Source: Cladosporium halotolerans (taxonomy: Eukaryota). From it: a stretch of 64,000 nucleotides of DNA. Positions 21,712 through 33,496 of the stretch are shown here, one piece after another (within the stretch, counting starts at the first letter, position 1; each line of letters starts with the position of its first letter). The notes beneath the pieces are model-generated. The model was not told the origin of the DNA. It searched no databases and saw only the letters and a list, made by a program, of their open reading frames with translations. Location: assembly GCF_011745625.1 (NCBI RefSeq), contig NW_027191459.1:434001-498000 (forward strand), read 5' to 3'. Position numbers and translations under genes: made by a program.

Positions 21712-23988
21712 TCACTTCACCGTCTCCGCGCCCGCCTTGGTCTCCTCTACAGCCACGGGTGACTCCTCCGGGGCCTCCTTCACGGCAGCCTCAGTCTGCT
21801 TCGCCTCCTCCGCGGCAGCAGTGGGAGCCTTCTCCACCTCGTCTCCCTCCTCAGCCACCGACGTGCCCTTGCTCTCCCCCAGCCTCCCGCGCATCTCCTC
21901 CAGCTCCCTCGTCAGCTTCGCGATCGCCGCCTTCTGCGCCGCATCGCTATCCTTCAGCACGCGAATGTAGCGGTTCGCGCTCTCGACCGTCGCGGCCTTG
22001 GAGCTGTTGCTCTTGACCGCGGCGTCGCGGTCCTTCTCCTTGGCCTCCAGGCTGTCGTCGTCGGCGGCGGCGCTGGTCATGAGCTCCTCGGCTCGGGCGC
22101 CGGAGGAGGCCGGGATCAGCGCCTGCATTTCCTTGAGGGCGTCGTTGATGCGGTTGCGGCGGCCTTGCTCGGCGACTTTGTGCGAGGTGCGCTTGCTGGT
22201 CAGACCGGTGGAGAGGGAGTCTGGGTAGGAGATGCCCGGGAGGTGGTTGCCTTCGAGGAGGTTTTGGTAGTTGGATTTGGAGGCGAGGAGGAGGGCGTGG
22301 GTTGACGAGTGGAGGTTTGCTGTTGTGGTGTGTTAGTTTTTGGGAAGAAATTGAACGACGTTACTGGATTTTCACTTACCACCTTCGGGCAACAATGGTT
22401 TGATGCTCGGGCTGACTTTGGGGCGGAGAGCGGGAGAGACGAGGCCTGAGTTGGTTGTGCTGACGCTGCCGCGCTTTCTGCTGGTGCCTCGCGCGCCTTT
22501 AGTGTCTTTCTTGTCTTTCAACAGACCCGCCGGGGTGCTCGCGGTCATGGGTGATAGAGCGTGCGCAGGGCTTGCAGAGGCAGAAGGGGGTCTGCCTGAC
22601 GAAGGTGTGCTTAGCGGGCCAAGTTTCGGCGTTTTCCGAGACGCTGTGAGTCGCGGTGTTTGCTCTTGAGAATTTGTCTGTTGCGTTTGAGGAATCTTGG
22701 GTCCTTGGTCGTCGGCAGCTTCAGGAAGCTCAAGGTCCTCCAAGGAAGCCTGTCCCATCTGTCCAGAGATTCCAGTGCTTGCGGGACCGTTCGCATCATA
22801 GACACTCTTCATGGACAAAAGAGATTTCGGAGTCGCTGCGGGACCTGTGACCTTCTGATTTTGAGCGCTGATAGCGGGCGAATGTGTTGAGGAGCCCGGC
22901 CTAGGTGGCGGGCCCATGGGCATATCGTTCAGAGCCTCTGGCGAAACGCTGTCGTTCTCAGAGCTTTCGAACGGAGCGGGGGCATGCAGACCCGCAGATC
23001 TGGGTGCGATGTGGCCGGAGCGCTGAGGATCCTGCATGGCCGATTCTGCATCTTTATGAGACATAGCGACCGACTTCCGCTTTTGCGCCTTGTGGATCGG
23101 GCTTTGCTTGACCTTGCTCATTGCAAACGTGCGTGGCGTCGCCGGCTTCTTGCGCGAGGGCTTCTTCGTCTGTGTTGCGGTCTCTGTACCGTCGCCTCCC
23201 ATTTCGACATCTCCATTACGGTCGATAGGACTGGGCGCAGCAGAGCTTGCGGCCGTGCTGGGGTTGGTGTAGTAGCCCTGCTGTTGCGGCACGAATTGTT
23301 GGTGCATTTGCCCAGAATTCTGGGCGTGCAAAGCGGGTGATGTAAGGGGAGAGAAGAAGTCGCCAGGCACGGTAAAATCTTGGTGCATGTTATAAGGCGT
23401 GCTCGAAGGCGAAGCCATGGGTGTGAATTGTACCTGCTGTTCCTTGCGCATCTGATATTGCTGTTCGAGCATGGCACGCTGCTGCGCGTCCATCTGCTGT
23501 TGCATAAAGCGCCCAGCCTCGCCCTGGAGCTCGAGGCTGTTGGGCGTTGGAGGAATCTGGTGGCTAGGAGGAAATTGGTGCTGCTGTTGCTGATTGGGAA
23601 ATTGAAAGTTCTGGTGTTGCTGCTGACGAGGGTATTGTTGCGGCATCGAGGGCTGGTACATCGAGTCTGTACCATATGGCAAGGTCACTCCGCCCATGGC
23701 GCCTGGCAAATTGAAGCCATTGTTTCCACCAAAGTCCTGGGCGGAGGTGCCAGGTGGCGCGCCCAATTGTCCCATGTGCTCATCAAAAGGTGTACTCGGG
23801 TGGGTGCCTGGGTGCGACGGGGGGAGTTGGTCGGCGAATCCATGCCCGTCGATGTTTTGCAGGTTGTCGAGGTCGAAGTCGTCAATGTTGAAAATGTTGG
23901 AGAGGTCGTCGAGGTTCGTGTTCATGGGCGCCATCGTGTCCATGCTCTCTGGTGCCTGAGACCACACCTGATCGGCGGGAGTGTTCAT
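21712..23988 (-). CDS. palcA: Phosphate-acquisition bHLH transcription factor, PalcA/Nuc-1/Pho4 family (exons 23988-22380, 22319-21712)
   Basis: The intron at 22320-22379 joins the 538-aa ORF to ALLLASKSNYQNLLEG...KRTSHKVAEQGRRNRINDALKEM (basic region/helix 1) and SKAATVESANRYIRVL (helix 2). FSPLTSPAL motif present. Confidence 0.9.
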
Positions 23989-26312
23989 GCCGCCGGCGGT
24001 GGGTGGCTTTGCGAAACGCGACCTGCGTGCGATGAGGCGTTTTGGAGCAAGCGCAATGCTCCCGGGCGTCTGCAGCTGCGCTTTTTCGCACGGTGACGTG
24101 GTACGTGAGGGCTGGGTATTTTATCGGCGATCGTCTCGTGGCCGCAGGTGGCCGTCGTGGTCCCGGCGGGGTGGTGCTGGCGTCGGTAGAAGCTCAGCGA
24201 CGTTGGCGGCTGGAGAGGGCGGCGGAGCAGCGGACGTGGGCGAGAGCTGGGCAGCTGGACAGCCGCAGCGGCGCAGAGTTGGTCAGATGAGGCGGATCAC
24301 GGAGGGAGATGCAGGCGACAGCTGCTTCGCACACGCACGACACAGTGCGCACACGAGCAGGGCAAATTGGACGGGGCCGGAGGGCGGTAGCGGACGGTAG
24401 CAACAGCGACAGGCCTGCGATCGGGCGAAGGCAATATTGCGCAGGGAAGGGCCGATGGAGGAAGTGAAAGTGAAGTCAGGGCTCGTGGGCTGCGACTGGC
24501 CCCGAGTCGGAGGCAGACGCACCGGACGCACCCACTGCACCGCCGCACCATCCCACCTGCTGCCCACCTGCCCACCGCGCCCGCTAGGAACGGCGCCTGA
24601 GCGCCTGCGCGAGCTGCGAAAGCCTCGACACGCCCGCCGCGCTAGACGGCGCTGTCTCCCGCTACCCATTCAGCCGACAACCCAATCCCGCCCCGTCTGG
24701 CGCGCCGGCGGCCAGTGGGCGAGGGCAGCAGGCCGCCTGGCACGTTGAGCGTGAAGATCTGGCGCAGACGCGTCGCATTATTCCCGTTTGTCACCTCGCG
24801 CAGGCAACGCCCCGGCGGAGGAGGATCGCTGCAACCCCCCACGCAGGCGGCGCCGAGGCATGCACCGCGCCTGGCATGTGCCCGCGACGTGGCGCAGGGC
24901 CGAAGAAGAAAAATGCCGGCTGATCCAAGCGCTCGTCCACCACCCGGCCAGCCCTCTCCAAGCGACATCTTCCGTGCAGCAACGCTTGCGCGATCCCGCT
25001 CCCCGTTGCGCCCCGCCGTGACATCCCACAGTCGCTTTATTGGCGCGCCGGCCTTCTCCATCTCCTCGCGCTTTGACCGCGGAGGATACGCGAGAGCTCT
25101 GGACTCATGTCCTGCGCGAGCGTTGCTGACGATACTGATGGTAGATAACATTGGGGCTTTCGAGGCGACTAACGACTTGTGACAACAGAACGATATAACT
25201 TCCAACTATCTTGCGCATCAAATCGATCTCAACGACCTGAACTAGCATCGCCAAGACGGCGCAACCATGACCTCTTTCACCGCTGCGACTTCGGTCTGTC
25301 TTTCTCGCGCGGACCCGTGGGGTACGGTACCCTACGTACGTCGAGCATGCTACCTGCGCGCGCCACACAAACTCTCGCAGGGTACCGCGCTGTACTTGAC
25401 TACAAAACGTGCAGCAGAAAAATGCAATCCCCCGAGGCAGCAGTCAAGGTTGCGGCTCCTGAGACGACCCGGACGGCGACCCGAATCTCTGGCACCGCCG
25501 CCGCCGACGCCCTGCCGCAAATTTTTCCCTCGCCTCGCGCCTTCCGTGCATGTCCTGTAAGCATTATTCGGCCCTGGCGCAATCCTCCCGACCACACCTT
25601 GCCAGGACGAATGCCCCGTTTGGCGATAGCGCGGGGGTTCCCGCCAGCCGCGAGGGTGGAGGTTCGTTTTCTGTTTGCCAAATGGGGCGGCTGCTCGCGC
25701 AGGCGCGATGCCACGCGAGTCATCGCGGGCCCGCATCGTGGGAGTGCATGAAAAGGTATCTATTACCAGATCTCGTGGAATCGAGATGCAAGTCCCGTCT
25801 GCAGGCGGCACGGTCGCGCGGGACGATGAATCGTTTCTGGCATCGTGCGCCGACGATGAACGGCATCGCCGTCGCGAGTGTTATTGCTCCAGGAGTTTGT
25901 TCGCCTCCACAGCATGTTTGACTGACAAGGGTCCTTTGGTGTTGAAATGAGATGGGTGTGTCGAGTGTTTCAGGATCGTCGATTTTTCTGTGACGCCTAG
26001 CATCTTGCTGAAGGGAGTCGAAATCATACTAAGAAGTGATTGCCTCTCTGCAACTGAGTATTTGCTGCGTGCTTTGACTCGTCCGTATCCAGATGATTGT
26101 AGGCGTCCTGAAGCATGAGAAGCACAATCCAATCGTAATTTTTGCCAATTGATCAGAGTCCACGACTGTGGAACATAGTTTAAGCAGCTTTACGCGGTCT
26201 ACCCTGACAAGTATCTGAACTTGACTTCGGATTTGTGGTCTACCTTGCGTTCGAGCTCGATATCTCACCCCATCTGATACATATCACGAAGACACGAGGA
26301 TTACCACGTCCA

Positions 26313-26605
26313 CCTACCATAGACAGACGCAAAAACCAAAACCAATGAACACCTCAGAAATCAGCAAAAAAGACCCACTGCCAATGCCATGTTGCATATC
26401 ACATTGCAGTCACTAGTAGCCTTACCGGTAGTTGCCCAACGCTGCTGCTCGTCGGAATGGATCGGATGTACGCAGGCCCGAGGGCAGGATTCGCCGCGGC
26501 CTCGTTTATCTCGTTATCTTGAACCAGAACAATATCTTCGGGTGTTGTTGGACCGATGTCGCTGGCCATACGTAGAGTTTGTTCGTTTGTGAAGGATTGC
26601 GGCAT
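26313..26605 (-). CDS. Possible small lineage-specific gene (about 60-codon exon followed by a GTAAGG donor; 3' exon uncertain)
   Basis: ATG-initiated frame MPQSFTNEQ...VGQLP ending at CCG|GTAAGG. A downstream GCTGAT...GAG acceptor would add VFIGFGFCVCLW*. No homology recognised. Confidence 0.25.
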
Positions 26606-27615
26606 GCTGAGTGTTGCTTCAGCTCGTCAATGTCTTGATTTCAACACGATTGACGGAAAGCATCACGTTCGTACGCCATTCAATGCAACGCAACGAATCC
26701 ATATGCAGGATTAAGTAGTACGAAAAAACTTCATCAATCTTCCGAACATTCCCAAGATGCTACATCTTATTAATACCGACGAGCTGCACGGCTGCTCACT
26801 CCGCTTCATGTGAACCCCAACCCTAACCCTAAACTCGCCCGTTGTCGCATTGGCACGTCTGGAGTCGGCACAACGACTGGAAAACCTTACGAGGGTTTTC
26901 TTCCGCCGACTGTCAATATGAGCCAATGCTTCCATCTCCTGCTAATATCACCTCTCAAAGACAACACCCAAAAGCGAGACCGGCAGGAACCAGCTCAAAG
27001 CGCGAAACTTCGTTGCACTCACACATGCACGCACTAACCAAAATCACATGGAACTCGTGCAGGTCGAATGGAAAAAACATGAATTGTATCGGTACAGACC
27101 CCGGCCATTCTGCCCACCCCGTCGCCAGTCGCCCTCCCAGAACCGCACTGTACATATTCGGCCAAAAAGCGCTCCGTATTACCTGGGCAGGGCCTTTTTT
27201 TGCTTGGATCTGTGTCTTTGTTTTTTGTTGATTGGGTTGCCGGCGCCGAAAGCGAGATTGAGGAAAGGAAGAAGAAGATTTTGGGGGGTTCTCCAAGACA
27301 AAGAAAAAGAAGGAGAAGAATTTGTTGCTCAATGTGGTAGGGGAGAAGTCCGAACGCTTGCACCAAGCTCCCCCTTCACCGCGCAGAATTGGCCCACCGA
27401 GTCCGCCATGGTCGGACACGCGACCGCTGTTAGAAGAGAAGCAAGCTATAAAAAAAGCCGGCACGACCACGCGAGTGGAACGCCCCGACACCAATGCTGT
27501 TGCCGCTTGCGGGCCAGCCTTGCTGGCTTGCAGTCAGTGGATGCCGTGTGCGCGCTTCGCCACTGCTGGTGTATTTCCCGTCATTTTATCGTTTGTCGTC
27601 TGTGCCGCGATTGTC

Positions 27616-28036
27616 CTACATCACAGTGCAGCAGCCGCTTTGTTGCTGAGGTGCGTAGGGGTCCTCGCGCTTGTCGATCTGGGGGTCGAGTGTCAGCGGG
27701 AGTCACGTGCCAGAGTTTTAGGTCATCACTTACGGTTCCCCATCTGCTCGGAACCATGAAATCCTTGGGCTCCTTGTCTGTGAATGCAATGAGGCTGTGG
27801 TGGGTTAGCATTGAGCTTGGTATTGATGGAGCCGGACTGGCCGCTTCGCGAAAGCCATTGGGCAGCATTGGGAGATCTTACTCGAGAGCAGCCTCCGACA
27901 CGGGTATCCTTCTGCGGTTCAGGTCCTCCTGCAGACGCTGGTTGAGCTCTGTAAGCCTCCTAAGCTTCAGCTCAGCCATGGACTGCTTCTTGCTCTTGCC
28001 ATTGTCGTTGCTGCGAATCTCGTAGGGGCTGGACAT
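27616..28036 (-). CDS. gpgA: Heterotrimeric G-protein gamma subunit (GpgA/Gng-1/Ste18), 92 aa (exons 28036-27882, 27794-27734, 27678-27616)
   Basis: KQSMAELKLRRLTELNQRLQEDLNRRRIPVSEAA, KDFMVPSRWG and a C-terminal CCaaX box CCTVM*. Two canonical introns keep the frame (279 nt total). Confidence 0.95.
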
Positions 28037-29080
28037 GGCTGCGGTTGGGTCGGAAAGGGTATAGCGAGAGACGAGGTAGGTGAGAGGCGAAAGGAATCGG
28101 GTTCGGTCAGATAAAGAGAGGTGTGGTGTGAAGCGGCCAAGTCGCGGTGTGTCGGCTGACGAGCTGCCTGCGCGATATGCGTTGCGACAATGCAAGAGAA
28201 TGTACGGGCTCTGCTGGCGCAACAGACACTGGTCAGCTCCTGCAAGATCAAGGATGGGACGTCATGTCAAGTCTGGTTCGTGCAACATGCCTTTGCGTAG
28301 CGCGCGGGTCAGCACAGGGTGCGGCGACGGCGTCGAGCTGCGTGCGTGTGGTCGCGAGGCGCACTCCTTGCCCGCGGTCGGGGGGAGGGGCGCGTTTGAG
28401 ACGGCGGAGGGGATGGACCCGGCGGGAGGGCGACGAGCACGCGACTGTGGAGAGCAGCAGCTCGTGCGTGCGGTGCTGGGTGCGCGGCGAACGAGGTGTC
28501 TCACTGCTGGTCGTGTGCGGTGGTGTTACAAGCAACGAGAGGCGACGGATGGTTGGTGTATGGAGATCCCCTGCAACGCCAGTTCCGCAGGGAACGAGAG
28601 ATGGTGTCGGCTTAAAGCTCGCTAGCGCCCGTAGCGCCCGCACCTTCGCTCGCGTCTCTCTTCCTGCTCAGCTCACCGACTCCTGCTGGAGGCACAATAC
28701 TGAGAGGGCCTTGGGTCTGGCCCGCGGTTATGCACAGTGACGCTCATTTGGCATGCATTGTTGACTTTGGCACAACAGTCGCTCTGACTCATGCTCTATG
28801 TTCACTAGAATATCTAATGTTTTGCCAGAGTAATGCCCGTGTTATAGGAGATAGACAGGGGGCCGCGCTACTGATGCCTGAGGCTGGCGTAAGGCACCCC
28901 AGACTTCTCTCTGGACGACGCACAGCCAAATTTGAATTGTTAGGCAACGCGAGTGACGCCGTCTCACCACCACCACCACTCCGCCCACGCACCTACGCGA
29001 CATCTGCCACGACCTGACCACGTCGTGCGCATCTCGGATAAATCCTCTCCGCCTGTCAACACCAGAGGAGGTCGCCCACC

Positions 29081-32000
29081 ATGCCTCCGCCGCCGCACAC
29101 CCGCCCGGAGAATGTGCTCAAGAGGGCTCAGGAGCTGATTGGCGTCGGCCAGCAGCAGGCCGCTCTGTCTATCCTCCACGAGCATGTCACCTCTAAGAGG
29201 ACGCGCAACAGCACCATCGCGGCCCTCGAGCCGGTGATGCTGCTTTTCGTCGAGCTCTGCGTCGACCTCAAGAAGGGCAAGCAAGCCAAGGATGGTCTCT
29301 ACAACTACAAGAACACCAGCCAGAACACCAACGTCGCCACCATCGAGCTGGTCTTCCGCAAGTTCATCGACCTCGCCGAGGGCAAGGTCAAGGAGGCGCA
29401 GGCCAAGGCCGACGAGGTTTCCGGCGCGCCGTCCACCGACACCCAGCTTGACAATGTCGGTGATCTCGAGGCTATGGAGACCCCGGAGTCTATCCTTCTC
29501 TCCACCGTCTCTGGTGAGCAGTCGCGCGACAGGACCGACCGCGCGATCGTCACTCCCTGGTTGAAGTTCCTGTGGGAGACCTACCGCACCGTCCTGGACA
29601 TTTTCAAGAACAACGCCCGTCTTGAGGTCATGTACCAGACCACTGCCCACCAGGCCTTCGACTTCTGCAAGAAGTACACCCGTAAGACCGAGTTCAGGCG
29701 TCTTTGTGAGCTCCTTCGCAACCACCTGCAGAACGCTGCCAAGTACTCCCAGCAGGTCCACGCTATCAACCTCAGCGAGCCCGAGACTCTCCAGCGCCAC
29801 CTCGACACCCGTTTCTTGCAGCTCAACGTTGCCGTCGAGCTCGAGCTGTGGCAGGAGGCCTTCAAGAGTGTTGAGGACATTCACACTCTTCTCAGCCTTT
29901 CCAAGCGCGCCCCGAAGAACGTCATGATGGCCAACTACTTCGAGAAGCTTACTCGCATTTTCTTGGTGTCTGAGAACTACTTGTTCCACGCTGCTGCTTA
30001 CAGCAGATACTACAACCTTCTCGCTGGCTCCTCCCGCGCTGTTGCCGGCGGCGCTCCCAAGAAGGACAACCCCACGAACATCTCTGACGCAGACCTTTCC
30101 AAGGCCGCTTCTTTCGTTCTGCTGTCCGCTCTTGCCATCCCGGTCATCAGCACTTCTCGCTCTCGCGGTGCCATGATGGATGTGGACACTGCCCGCAGCA
30201 ACAAGAACGCCCGTCTCACCAACCTTCTCGCCATGAACTCCCCGCCGACCCGTGCGATCCTGTTCAAGGATATGCTTAACAAGGATATCCTTCAGCGCGC
30301 TCGCCCGGAGATTCGCAACCTTTACAACATCCTCGAGACGGACTTCCACCCCAAGTCCATTTGCTCCAAGGTCTCTCCTATCTTGGCTCAGATTGGTGCT
30401 GACGAGGAGATGAGGAAGTACGTCCTGCCTCTCCAGCAGGTCATCCTCACTCGCCTGTTCCAGCAGCTGTCCCAGGTCTACACCGACGTCAAGCTTGAGG
30501 ACGTCCTGGAGCTTGCCAAGTTCCCTGACCCCTTCCAGGTCAGCGCCGCCACCGTTGAGAAGTTCATCATGAACGGTTGCAAGAAGGGTGATCTGTCTAT
30601 CCGCGTCGACCACTCCACCGGCGTTCTTACCTTTGACTCTGATGTCTTCTCCTCTGCCAAGGCCATGCACCCCAGCTCTGCTGCTGGTTCTGCAGAGGCA
30701 CCTGACGGAACCGTCAAGCGCCTGCAGAGCACTCCTGCCGAGATTGTTCGCTCGCAGCTCACGCGCCTTTCCAAGGCTCTCTACATCACCGCGCAGTACG
30801 TTGACCCGACTCTCAACGAGGACCGCCAGAAGGCCAAGCTTGCTGCCCTCAAGCGTGCCGAGGCCGGCTTCGCGAAGGAGCGCGAGGAGCTTCTCAGCCG
30901 CCGCGAGACCATCCAAAAGAAGAAGGATGCTTTTGCCAACGCTCAGGCCGCCCGCCAGAGGGACGAGGAGAACAAGCGCAAGGCTCGCCAGCAGGAGCTC
31001 CAGTCCGCCGAGAGCCAGCGCCTTGCTCAGGAGACCAAGGAGCGCGAGGAGCGCCGCATTCAAGCGGAGCGCAAGAAGGTGCAGCGCGAGGAGGCTGAGA
31101 AGCAGCTGAAGGAGCTCAAGCAGGGCGTCAAGGGCGTTGACCTCACTGGCATCGACATTGACGATCTCGACACCGGCCGCATCCGCCTGCTCAAGCTCCA
31201 GGCCCTCGAGCGCGAGAAGAACGAGCTCGGCGACAAGGTCCGCACCACTTCCAAGCGTCTCGACCACCTTGAGCGTGCTTACCGCAAGGAGGAGATCAAG
31301 CACCTTGCTGGAGACTACGAGGAGCAGCGCAAGCAGGACTACGCTGCTTGGGAGGCGGCCAAGAACGAGACGGTCAGGGCTGCGCAAGAGAAGCACAAGG
31401 AGGACGTTGCCCTCAAGCACCGTCTGAGCAGGCTCGTAGGCCCGTACGAGGGCTTCCGCAAGACCATCACTGAGCAGCGCCACGCCGACTTCGAGAAGCG
31501 CCGCAAGGGCGCCGAGCGCGAGCTGCAGCAGAAGATGGAGCAGCGCAGGATTGACGTCCGCCAGCAGCGCGAGGCTGAGAAGCGCCGCGCTGAGGAGGAG
31601 GCCCGCCGCGCCGCCGAAGAGGAGGAGCGTCGTGCGAGGGAAGAGGAGGAGGCTGCCCGTGCAGCCGAGGAGAAGAAGATCAAGGACGCCGAGGCCAAGG
31701 CAGAGGCTGAGAAGAGGCGCGAGGAGCGCATGGAGGCTGCCAGGAAGCAGCAAGAGCGCGAGGATGAAGCCGAGCGCAGGCGTCAAGAGCGCAAGCAGGG
31801 CGGCGCCGCCCCTGCACCCAGGAGCTTCGAGCGCCCCACGGAGAAGACCGCCGAGGCCGGCGGCCCCCCCAGGCTCAACCTGCAGAGCAAGACTGGCGAG
31901 AAGCCGACCTGGCGCGAGCGCGAGGCCATGCGTGCCGCCGGCCAGCTCACGCAGGCCGCCGAGACCGCGCCCCCCGCCGCCCCGCCGGCGGACGAGCGTG

Positions 32001-32239
32001 TCAAGACCGACGAGGCCGCTCTGCCCAAGAAGACCGGCTACGTCCCTCCCCACCTGCGCGGCAAGGCCGCTGGTGGTGAGTCCGCCGAGGCGAAGCCCAC
32101 CGACCGCTGGCAGCCCAGGAGGCCGGCCGAGGGTGAGAGGACCGGCAGCCCTGCCGCCAGCTCTGGTGGCTATAAGCCGCCGGGTGCCCGCGGCGAGGGC
32201 GCTTCCGGCGGCGCCTACAGGCCTCCGGGAAGGAGGTAA
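29081..32239 (+). CDS. TIF32: Eukaryotic translation initiation factor 3 subunit A
   Basis: 1052 aa starting [19 protein letters not shown], with [21 protein letters not shown], a PCI region and a long coiled coil. Strong C/G-ending codon bias. Confidence 0.97.
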   Translation: MPPPPHTRPENVLKRAQELIGVGQQQAALSILHEHVTSKRTRNSTIAALEPVMLLFVELCVDLKKGKQAKDGLYNYKNTSQNTNVATIELVFRKFIDLAEGKVKEAQAKADEVSGAPSTDTQLDNVGDLEAMETPESILLSTVSGEQSRDRTDRAIVTPWLKFLWETYRTVLDIFKNNARLEVMYQTTAHQAFDFCKKYTRKTEFRRLCELLRNHLQNAAKYSQQVHAINLSEPETLQRHLDTRFLQLNVAVELELWQEAFKSVEDIHTLLSLSKRAPKNVMMANYFEKLTRIFLVSENYLFHAAAYSRYYNLLAGSSRAVAGGAPKKDNPTNISDADLSKAASFVLLSALAIPVISTSRSRGAMMDVDTARSNKNARLTNLLAMNSPPTRAILFKDMLNKDILQRARPEIRNLYNILETDFHPKSICSKVSPILAQIGADEEMRKYVLPLQQVILTRLFQQLSQVYTDVKLEDVLELAKFPDPFQVSAATVEKFIMNGCKKGDLSIRVDHSTGVLTFDSDVFSSAKAMHPSSAAGSAEAPDGTVKRLQSTPAEIVRSQLTRLSKALYITAQYVDPTLNEDRQKAKLAALKRAEAGFAKEREELLSRRETIQKKKDAFANAQAARQRDEENKRKARQQELQSAESQRLAQETKEREERRIQAERKKVQREEAEKQLKELKQGVKGVDLTGIDIDDLDTGRIRLLKLQALEREKNELGDKVRTTSKRLDHLERAYRKEEIKHLAGDYEEQRKQDYAAWEAAKNETVRAAQEKHKEDVALKHRLSRLVGPYEGFRKTITEQRHADFEKRRKGAERELQQKMEQRRIDVRQQREAEKRRAEEEARRAAEEEERRAREEEEAARAAEEKKIKDAEAKAEAEKRREERMEAARKQQEREDEAERRRQERKQGGAAPAPRSFERPTEKTAEAGGPPRLNLQSKTGEKPTWREREAMRAAGQLTQAAETAPPAAPPADERVKTDEAALPKKTGYVPPHLRGKAAGGESAEAKPTDRWQPRRPAEGERTGSPAASSGGYKPPGARGEGASGGAYRPPGRR

Positions 32240-33496
32240 ATTCAGCGCATATCCAGTTTCTTGACGATGTCTAAAAGCGGATGAGGGGGCATGAGTTCTG
32301 GGAAACGATCTGTCTCCGGTTTGTGCACGTAATCGGCGTTTTTATTAGCAAGGGCAGATGCAGCGCAGCGTATGCACCGCTCGGTAGTGAATACAAAATT
32401 CGTTATGCTTCCACACACGTGCCGGGCCCTATAGTGCTTGCAGACCCAGTGCTCCACGAGTCCCTGCTCGCGGGCCGAAGGCGAGCATGCTGGCGACCGA
32501 TGACCACGCTCGTCACATGGCGCACATGACGCAGTTCACGTGGCTTGTATGACATGCGGGCGCGCCTGGCGGTCTCACGGTGACGGCCGCGGCAGCCGAA
32601 GATGCCGCTCGAGTCTCGGGTGGTGCGAAGCATTGTGAGCGACGAGCGCTGCGTAGTCGTCGAGTGACCCGATCGGTCACCGCTCATGGCACGCCGGCGG
32701 TCGAGCAGGCTTCCGCCACGGAGCATTGGGGGCGGCAGCAGAGCGCGATGGCTTCGGATGACTGCGAGCTGAGACAAGGTCGCCCTGCCTGACGCAAGAC
32801 GCAGGGCCCGAGCTAGCTGCGTCTCCGCTTTGCGGCGAGCCCTGCGCGGTGCCTGTTGGCTTCCCGCTTGTTGACGACCGTGATGATGATGCCGATGATG
32901 CGCCCGCCCACCCCTCCGTCTCTTGCTCTGCAACACACCACTCGTCACGCCCACTGCGCCGTCGAGTCGTCCACATTGTCCATACCAGCAGCAACACCCA
33001 TACCGACAACACCGCTCCTTATCGCCAGCCTCCCCTCCAGCCCACAGCACAGCACCTCCCGCGTCGCCCAGCTCGAGCGCGGTGTGGAGGCTGCCCCGCA
33101 ATCACCCACGCCCACGCCGCCCCCACCACCAACAGCATCACTGCCCTGGTCGTAGACACCGCGGGTCGGCGTCTGCTCCTCGCTCACCGCACCACATCCA
33201 AACCTGAGAACATCACCTACGACGCGTCCTCGCACCATTGTCTGCTTTGCTCAGCCCCATACCACGCCCCCGTCGCGTCCAGTCAGCCGACGCCTTCACT
33301 CGGCTTTGTCACGAAGCCGCCGGACTCAGACACGCCGCTCCTCTTCCAGCTGCCCCTCAGCATCCCGTCGCTTGACTCACCTGCCAGGCAAGCAGCACGC
33401 ACTCGCTCCCTCTTCTTTCGAACAACCACGCCGGCGATAGCAGACTCCACCGCAGGCGTCAACACTCCCAAAGCCCGCAGCTCCCCACCCGGCTGA

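Noticed and set aside
24000..26000. Many overlapping 70-190 aa ORFs upstream of palcA (likewise 50900-52700 and 28050-29000)
   Set aside because: GC-rich promoter DNA yields R/A/P-rich frames on both strands without coding periodicity or domains.
27048..28025. 325-aa + strand ORF
   Set aside because: It is antisense to the well-supported gpgA gene and its 3' UTR, and has no recognisable features.
28964..32053. 1029-aa antisense ORF opposite eIF3a (also 38306-39541, 59158-60294, 57833-58735, 35945-37285)
   Set aside because: These are shadow frames of strongly codon-biased genes, which avoid TTA, CTA and TCA. The products are L/G/A-rich with no recognisable domains.
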